A stretch of 64,000 nucleotides of DNA, from positions 8,786-72,785 of the forward strand of contig CAIKZD010000009.1 in the NCBI GenBank assembly GCA_903831805.1, given 5' to 3'. Of this stretch, positions 57,349 through 64,000 are shown in pieces. The stretch is from an uncultured bacterium (GTDB lineage: Bacteria > Patescibacteriota > Minisyncoccia > Moranbacterales > UBA2206). The position numbers and the translations under genes were made by a program. The notes beneath the pieces are model-generated. The model searched no databases and was not told the DNA's origin. It saw nothing but the letters and a program-made list of their open reading frames with translations. Numbering within the stretch: position 1 is the stretch's first letter; the number at the start of each line of letters is the position of its first letter.

Positions 57349-58011
57349 GTGAACAAAAAAGAAATTATTGCGAAAATTGAGAAGGAAGCGAAGAAATTTT
57401 TTGAGGGAGCGAGTGGGTGTCATGACTGGACACATGTGGAACGGGTGAAAAATTTGGCCATACATATTGGCAAAAAAGAAAAAGCCGACCTTTTTGTTTT
57501 GGAAGCGGCGGCCTTGCTTCATGATATTGGGAGAAAGGAAGAAATGAAATGTGAAGGAAAATTTTGCCACGCGGAAAAAGGCGCGGAAATGGCCAAAAAT
57601 ATTTTAGAAAAATATAAAATAGAGAAAAAACAGGTTGAAAATATCATCCATTGCATTGAAGTCCATCGTTGGAGAAAAAATAAAAAACCAGAAACGCTTG
57701 AGGCAAGAATAATTTTTGACGCCGACAAACTGGATTCGATTGGAGCGATTGGGATTGCGCGAGATTTTCTTTTTGCGGGACATTCCGGGTCGAATTGTTT
57801 GTACACCGGCAATGAGAAAAAGCTTGCTAAAGAAGAGAAAAATTATTCTTATGGAAAAGAGGATAGTGCGCTCTTGGAATATGAAATAAAATTGAAATAT
57901 ATTTATAAAAAAATTATGACTAAAAGTGGGAAAGAAGTTGCTAGGGAACGACAAAAATACATGGATGAATTTTTTAAACGTTTTGAAAAAGAAATTAAGG
58001 GTGTGATGTGA
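57349..58011 (+). CDS. HD-domain phosphohydrolase (YedJ-like)
   Basis: HDWTHVERV, LLHDIGR, DADKLDSIGAIGIAR. Confidence 0.88.
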   Translation: MNKKEIIAKIEKEAKKFFEGASGCHDWTHVERVKNLAIHIGKKEKADLFVLEAAALLHDIGRKEEMKCEGKFCHAEKGAEMAKNILEKYKIEKKQVENIIHCIEVHRWRKNKKPETLEARIIFDADKLDSIGAIGIARDFLFAGHSGSNCLYTGNEKKLAKEEKNYSYGKEDSALLEYEIKLKYIYKKIMTKSGKEVARERQKYMDEFFKRFEKEIKGVM

Positions 58012-58111
58012 GGTTGACTTTTAGGCATAAAAAGGCTATAAGGAAGGCAGTGTTTTTGAGGTGAGTGGAGGATTGTTGTTTTAAAATTTCATAAAAACCA
58101 AGAGGTGGATT

Positions 58112-58804
58112 ATGACTGAAAGTGCAAGAGTTATTAAAATTACGCCGAAAGCATATGCATTGATTAAATTTATCCAGTTGATGGAGGACGAAATACTTTC
58201 CTCTGAGGCGATGATTGATGTGGTCAATCGCGATCTTGCCGAGAAAAATATATCCGCCAATAATATTCAAGAGATGTTACGGAGGATAATGCCTATCAGT
58301 CATCAGACTGAACTATCCAGTCTAAATCCGGGCGAAGACTCTTTTGAGGGATTGAATCTCACGCGTATAGCGATGGATCTTTCCAATGAACTCACTGAAT
58401 ATATCAAACGAAACTATTTCGGTGATTCATATTCCCAGATAGTTGCATCCTTGAATAAAGGAGATATGGCAACTCAACGGAAACTCGAAAAACTATTGGA
58501 GGCGGTCGCGCAACTCATGGATTGCGGACATTCTTTTGAAGATATTACAATATTTTTCATTCCGGCAAACATAACTTCGGAGCAAGGAGTGCGACAGTCC
58601 TTATGTGAGGGTTGGCATGACTTCATCGAAAATATTTTTGCCGGGACGTTGCAATATGAAACTTTGCTGGATGATCGTTTCCGACAAGGGGAAAACCCCA
58701 ACGATCTTCTCGAAGACCCTAAAATCGTGATGATGGGCGGAGCAGAAGTGCGATTAAATGGGATATTGGCACACACGCAGGGACTCAGGTCTTTTCCGAG
58801 ATGA
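58112..58804 (+). CDS. Hypothetical protein (230 aa)
   Basis: gaggtg SD; terminator at 58822-58864. Confidence 0.65.
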   Translation: MTESARVIKITPKAYALIKFIQLMEDEILSSEAMIDVVNRDLAEKNISANNIQEMLRRIMPISHQTELSSLNPGEDSFEGLNLTRIAMDLSNELTEYIKRNYFGDSYSQIVASLNKGDMATQRKLEKLLEAVAQLMDCGHSFEDITIFFIPANITSEQGVRQSLCEGWHDFIENIFAGTLQYETLLDDRFRQGENPNDLLEDPKIVMMGGAEVRLNGILAHTQGLRSFPR

Positions 58805-58916
58805 ATGACGATTTCGTCCTTAGGCTGGCTCCGGGAGATTCTCCTTGAGCCGGCCTCTTTTTTTATTTTTCCCCTTATGTTATAGTAAAAATAGTAAAAA
58901 ATGAACATTTTGTATT

Positions 58917-60242
58917 ATGCTAGACATCAAATTTATCCGTGAGAACGCGGAGGAAGTTAAAAAAGCGATTAAGAATAAAAATATTGAGTTGGATCTTTCC
59001 GCGCTTTTGGCCATGGACGAAAAAAGAGTGGCGGCTTTGCAAGAGATTGAAAAATTAAAGGCAGAAAAAAATATCCTGAATGATAAAATAAAATCAGCTA
59101 AAGACGATGCTGAGAGGAAGGCACTTATCGCGCAGGGTACGGCCGTGAAAGAAAAACTGGCCAAAGTCGAGCCGGAATATGAGACGATTAAAAAACAATT
59201 TGATGAGCTGATGGTTTTGGTGCCGACTATTCCGTCGAGTGACACGCCGATTGGGAAAGATGACAGCGGCAACGTGGAAGTCTATCAAAAAGGTGACATT
59301 TCAAAATTTGCTTTCACGCCCAAGACGCATATCGAGCTGGCGGAAGCTTTGGACATCATTGATTTTGAAAAAGGTTCCAAAGTCTCGGGCTATCGCGGCT
59401 ATTATTTGAAAAATGAAGGGACGCTACTCGTCATGGCGCTCATGATGTATGCGCTCAACAAAATGGTGGAAAAAGGTTACGCGCCGATCATTCCGCCGAC
59501 GCTCATCAAGGGTTTTGCTTTGTTCGGCAGTGGCTATTTCAAAGGCACGGATTATGACAGTGCCTCGGATAACATCTATCAAATCGCCACGCGCGACAAA
59601 GAAATGGACGGCGCGGATTCGAAAGAGAAGAAATTCTTGGTGGGTACGGCTGAACCGTCGCTCTTGGCGTATTTTTCCGATGAGGTTTTGGATGAAGCCA
59701 AATTGCCGATGAAAGTTTGCGGATTTTCGCCGTGCTACCGCTCTGAGATTGGCGATTATGGTAAAGATAATAAAGGGCTCTACCGTGTGCATGAATTTTT
59801 CAAAGTGGAGCAAGTAGTAGTGTCCAAAGCGAATATTGAAGAGGCCACGGCTTTGCAGGAAGAGATGGTGGGCATTTCTGAAGAGATGCACCGGGAGTTG
59901 GGCTTGCCCTATCGTAAATTGCAAATTTGTACCGGCGATATGTCGGCTGGTAAGTTCCGTGCCTTCGATCTGGAAGCCTGGATGCCCGGCCTCAACCGTT
60001 GGGGCGAAACCGGCAGTGCTTCGAACTTTTTGGATTGGCAGGCGCGACGGCTGAACGTGAAATATAAAACGGCAGAAGGCGACAAGAAATTTGCCTATCT
60101 TTTGAACAACACTGCCTTGCCGTCTGTGCGGCCGCTCATTGCGATTTTGGAAAACTTTCAGCAAGAAGATGGCTCGATTGTCATTCCAGAAGTGCTCAGG
60201 AAATGGATGCCGGGCGGGATGGAAATAATTGAGAAGAAATAA
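58917..60242 (+). CDS. serS: Serine--tRNA ligase
   Basis: MLDIKFIREN, GTAE, GLYRVHEFFKVEQ, LNNTA. Confidence 0.97.
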   Translation: MLDIKFIRENAEEVKKAIKNKNIELDLSALLAMDEKRVAALQEIEKLKAEKNILNDKIKSAKDDAERKALIAQGTAVKEKLAKVEPEYETIKKQFDELMVLVPTIPSSDTPIGKDDSGNVEVYQKGDISKFAFTPKTHIELAEALDIIDFEKGSKVSGYRGYYLKNEGTLLVMALMMYALNKMVEKGYAPIIPPTLIKGFALFGSGYFKGTDYDSASDNIYQIATRDKEMDGADSKEKKFLVGTAEPSLLAYFSDEVLDEAKLPMKVCGFSPCYRSEIGDYGKDNKGLYRVHEFFKVEQVVVSKANIEEATALQEEMVGISEEMHRELGLPYRKLQICTGDMSAGKFRAFDLEAWMPGLNRWGETGSASNFLDWQARRLNVKYKTAEGDKKFAYLLNNTALPSVRPLIAILENFQQEDGSIVIPEVLRKWMPGGMEIIEKK

Positions 60243-60261
60243 TTTTTAATAAAAAAACGAA

Positions 60262-60882
60262 ATGAATAAACTCAAAATCGTTGCGTTGGCGGCGGGCGTT
60301 CTGATGCTCGCAGGCTGTGGGAATAAGGTCGCGCAAAATGTGACCGAACAAAATACTGTGGACAATGTGAGTGCGCCTAAAGTGGAAGAAAAAAGTCCAG
60401 TGAGTGACGTGATCAATTCCATGAAAGATGCCATGCTGGCGGGGAAAACCATGAAATGTGATTACACGATCAAGGGCGCGGACGGAAAAGAACTGACCAC
60501 GAGCTCGTACGTGAACGGCAAAAAATATATGACCAGTATGGCAGTGGCGGGCAACATCCAGCACATGATTTTTGATGAAACAGCGATGTATTCTTGGACT
60601 GAAGGTCAGAAACAGGGTACAAAAATGACTATGGCTTGTACGCAAGAGTTGGCCAAAAATCTGCCACCCAAAGCTGACGCTGCTGTACCAGCCCCTGACC
60701 CGACTGGCGAAAAAACTTTTGCTAGCGCGACTAATGTCAGCTGCACGCCGGCCAACAACGTGGATTTCTCCATTCCGACCGAGGTGACTTTTTCTGATCA
60801 GTGCGAAATGATGAAAAATCTGACCAAAAATATCCCCAAGGGCATGCCGGCCAATCTGCCGACTAGCGCCCCGCAACTTTAA
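60262..60882 (+). CDS. Hypothetical lipoprotein
   Basis: Lipobox LAGC. Confidence 0.75.
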   Translation: MNKLKIVALAAGVLMLAGCGNKVAQNVTEQNTVDNVSAPKVEEKSPVSDVINSMKDAMLAGKTMKCDYTIKGADGKELTTSSYVNGKKYMTSMAVAGNIQHMIFDETAMYSWTEGQKQGTKMTMACTQELAKNLPPKADAAVPAPDPTGEKTFASATNVSCTPANNVDFSIPTEVTFSDQCEMMKNLTKNIPKGMPANLPTSAPQL

Positions 60883-60929
60883 GGATCTTAACCCCTCCCT
60901 GACCCTCCCCTGATTACAGAGGAGGAGAA

Positions 60930-61448
60930 TTGAAAACTATGCAATGGATTGCGATCAGTGGAAGTTGGAGAAAATTTGACGCGCAAGTGGAGAAAGACGT
61001 GCGAGAGGTTGCGCGTGAGATTATTTCGCGCGGGAATGGAATCGTGTCCGGCGGCGCCCTGGGCGTGGACTATTTCGCGACAGACGAAGCGATGAAACTC
61101 AATCCGGCGGCGAATCAGATCAAGATTTTTTTGCCCGGGACACTGGAACTTTATGCGGCACATTGTGATGAGCGGATCGAGCGTGGCGATTTTACGCGCG
61201 AACAAATTGATGAGCTTATCGGCCAGTTGATAAAATTGAAAGAAGCAAATCCAAATGCGCTGATTGAAGACCGCGAGTCCTCAACTATTGATGGTGCGGC
61301 TTATGAAAAAAGAAGAGCAGCTATCATTGTGGCAGCGGACGCCGTGGAGGCTTTTCAAGTGAATGGGAGCGTTGGCACGCAAGATACGATCGATAAAGCA
61401 TTGGCGCGGGGGCTTGAGGTGAATAAGAGGGAATATACTATAGAGTAA
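60930..61448 (+). CDS. SLOG-superfamily (DprA/LOG-like) protein
   Basis: IAISGS, IVSGGALGVD, GSVGTQDTI. Confidence 0.7.
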   Translation: MKTMQWIAISGSWRKFDAQVEKDVREVAREIISRGNGIVSGGALGVDYFATDEAMKLNPAANQIKIFLPGTLELYAAHCDERIERGDFTREQIDELIGQLIKLKEANPNALIEDRESSTIDGAAYEKRRAAIIVAADAVEAFQVNGSVGTQDTIDKALARGLEVNKREYTIE

Positions 61449-61512
61449 ATATGGCATTTGCATCGTTAAGCTTTTACACTAGATTCCTGCCTACGCAGGA
61501 ATGACACATTCT

Positions 61513-62757
61513 ATGCCAAAACAAAAACTAAAATTTCCGGACGGTTTTTTGTGGGGGGCGGCGACTTCGTCTTATCAGATTGAAGGCGATAATGTTAATT
61601 CGGATTGGTGGGAGTGGGAGCAGGCGGGGAAAACCAAAGATATTTCGGGCGAGGCGTGTGATTATTGGCACCGCTACGCAAGTGATCATGATTTACTTGA
61701 AGAGTTGGGCGTGGGACTTTTCCGCTGTTCCATCGAGTGGTCCAGAGTTGAACCAAGAGACGGTGAATTTTCGGATGAGGCTATCGGACATTATCGCCAA
61801 ATTTTTCAGGATTTGAAAAGAAGAAATATTAAAACCCAAGTGACGTTGTGGTGGTGGACCAGCCCGATTTGGTTCCAGAAAAAATATGGCTGGCACAATA
61901 AAAAATCTCCTGAAATTTTTGCGCGTTATGCTGAAAAAATGACCCAAGAGTTGGGCGATCTTATCGACATCTTCACCACATTCAACGAGCCGATGGTGCC
62001 GCTCGGACAAGGCTTTTTGGGCGGCATCTATCCACCCGGTTTCAAAAATCCGTACAAGTTCTGGCGGGCGGTAAACAATGTGGTGGCGGCTCATCGCGAA
62101 GCCTATAAGATTATCCATAAGATTAAGCCTGGCGCACCAGTCGGCATCACCTATCTTTACAATTGGTACGAATCGGAAGGGTTTGGTTTGTTATTAAATA
62201 CTATCAATCGCCTAGCGCAGTGGTACCGGATAGATTTTTTAGGTAATAAGATAAAAGGCTTTCAGGATTATGCCGGCGTGAATTATTACCGTTTGGGGAA
62301 AATAAAATTTAGTTGGAATAATTTTAAACTGGATTCTGCCAATCAAACCTATTTCGGTTTTACGATTGAAGAGGATAGGGATAATGTGATGAAATGGATC
62401 TCTTATCCAGAAGGGCTGTATAAAGTTTTAAAACAAGCCAGCGCCAAATTTCAAGTTCCGATATATATCACAGAAAACGGCGGACCGACCAGGAGCGGTT
62501 TGGAAGATAATGATCGAATAGAATATATCCGGCAACACTTAAGCTTTGTGCATCAAGCGATTTCAGAGGGAGTTCCGGTGCGCGGCTATAATTTCTGGTC
62601 GCTCATGGATAACTTGGAATGGCTATATGGCTACGAGCCGAAATTTGGCCTCATCGAAATGGACTACGAAACCCTGGAGCGCCATCCCAGGAAGAGTTTC
62701 TATGAATACGCTAAAATTTGCCAGAATAATGCAGTGGAAATTGATGTTAAAAACTAA
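61513..62757 (+). CDS. Glycoside hydrolase family 1 (beta-glucosidase)
   Basis: FLWGAATSSYQIEG, TFNEP, YITENG, WSLMDNLEW. Confidence 0.93.
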   Translation: MPKQKLKFPDGFLWGAATSSYQIEGDNVNSDWWEWEQAGKTKDISGEACDYWHRYASDHDLLEELGVGLFRCSIEWSRVEPRDGEFSDEAIGHYRQIFQDLKRRNIKTQVTLWWWTSPIWFQKKYGWHNKKSPEIFARYAEKMTQELGDLIDIFTTFNEPMVPLGQGFLGGIYPPGFKNPYKFWRAVNNVVAAHREAYKIIHKIKPGAPVGITYLYNWYESEGFGLLLNTINRLAQWYRIDFLGNKIKGFQDYAGVNYYRLGKIKFSWNNFKLDSANQTYFGFTIEEDRDNVMKWISYPEGLYKVLKQASAKFQVPIYITENGGPTRSGLEDNDRIEYIRQHLSFVHQAISEGVPVRGYNFWSLMDNLEWLYGYEPKFGLIEMDYETLERHPRKSFYEYAKICQNNAVEIDVKN

Positions 62758-62794
62758 GATTTGACTCGATACTTGCAGATGATATAATGGATTT

Positions 62795-62980
62795 ATGAGA
62801 ATCACTAAATGCGATATTTGCAAAAAAACTTTGGTCAGAAATGGGGATGAAACCATTGTTTCGGTCGGAGTGTTTTTTAAGAGCTTTGATATTTGCCGCG
62901 ATTGTGCTGAGCCCGTACTAAAATTCCTTAAGAGCAAGAAATTGATTGAAGAAAATAAAAAACGAAAAAGCGCTAAATAA
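62795..62980 (+). CDS. Small Zn-ribbon protein
   Basis: CDIC…CRDC; promoter ttgact-16-tataat directly upstream. Confidence 0.6.
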   Translation: MRITKCDICKKTLVRNGDETIVSVGVFFKSFDICRDCAEPVLKFLKSKKLIEENKKRKSAK

Positions 62981-63042
62981 TCACGAAAAACGCCTGATTA
63001 AGCTGGAAAAAATGTCCTTGGCAAGGGCCTGAAATTAAGCCC

Positions 63043-63070
63043 TTGACAACATTTTGTAGTTTGCTACAAT
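63043..63070 (+). promoter_or_regulatory. rRNA operon promoter (boxA-like gacctttaacaa at 63259-63270)
   Basis: ttgaca-16-tacaat with extended TG. Confidence 0.7.
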
Positions 63071-63455
63071 GGGACATACGAGTTACATTTAATCTTTAAT
63101 TCCAAAAAAGGCAATTAAATAAACTCTCGAAAATCTTTTAAAACACTGAATGAAACAAAGATACATCTTTGTGTGTAATTAGTATTGCGCGCGAAGATGT
63201 GTTTTTTTGCTTGCCCCGTGCGAGTTTACGGGGTTCGTTCAAAGAGTATAAAAAGCAAGACCTTTAACAATTGCATAGTTTCTCTAAATCTCCACCTTTT
63301 GATTTAGAGAGACGAAATAATCACAATTTTTTGCGATTAGTCCTCGTCTGGTCTCGCTTCGGCGAGATTGGACAAACAAATAGAGTCTATTTCAAAATTA
63401 AGAAAATTTATTTTCTTTTCAACTAATATTTGGTGGAGTTAAATCCACTGAATCA

Positions 63456-64000
<545 letters not shown>

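Overview
Chromosomal window of a Candidate Phyla Radiation (Patescibacteria) bacterium. The 16S 5' end has Parcubacteria/OD1-type primer-site variants; Ca. Moranbacteria is plausible but only inferred. Every credible gene is on the + strand. The core content is acetate-CoA ligase, porCDAB, recJ, a P-type ATPase, a MacAB-like ABC exporter, prfB (+1 frameshift), ftsEX, hrcA-grpE-dnaK-dnaJ with a CIRCE site, frr, rseP, mreBCD-mrdA, greA, lysS, serS, three tRNAs and the start of an rRNA operon. The most notable observations are: (1) a TrpR-like (HisR) gene whose own His-containing C-terminal codons overlap a complete 1:2/2:3/3:4 attenuator ahead of a HisI-HisG fusion; (2) a NYN RNase gene preceded by a promoter and structured RNA that are exactly conserved in a diverged tandem duplicate, inside a tRNA-Thr-adjacent cassette bounded by duplicated genes; (3) a Type III R-M locus interrupted by two small genes sharing an N-terminal NQSGG motif plus an RxxxxH (HEPN-like) gene; (4) an unexplained ~117-nt structured RNA candidate; (5) a NUDIX-GrpE fusion; and (6) a RAYT transposase with its REP arrays, plus several other palindromic repeat families. 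All assignments come from reading motifs by eye; no searches were run.
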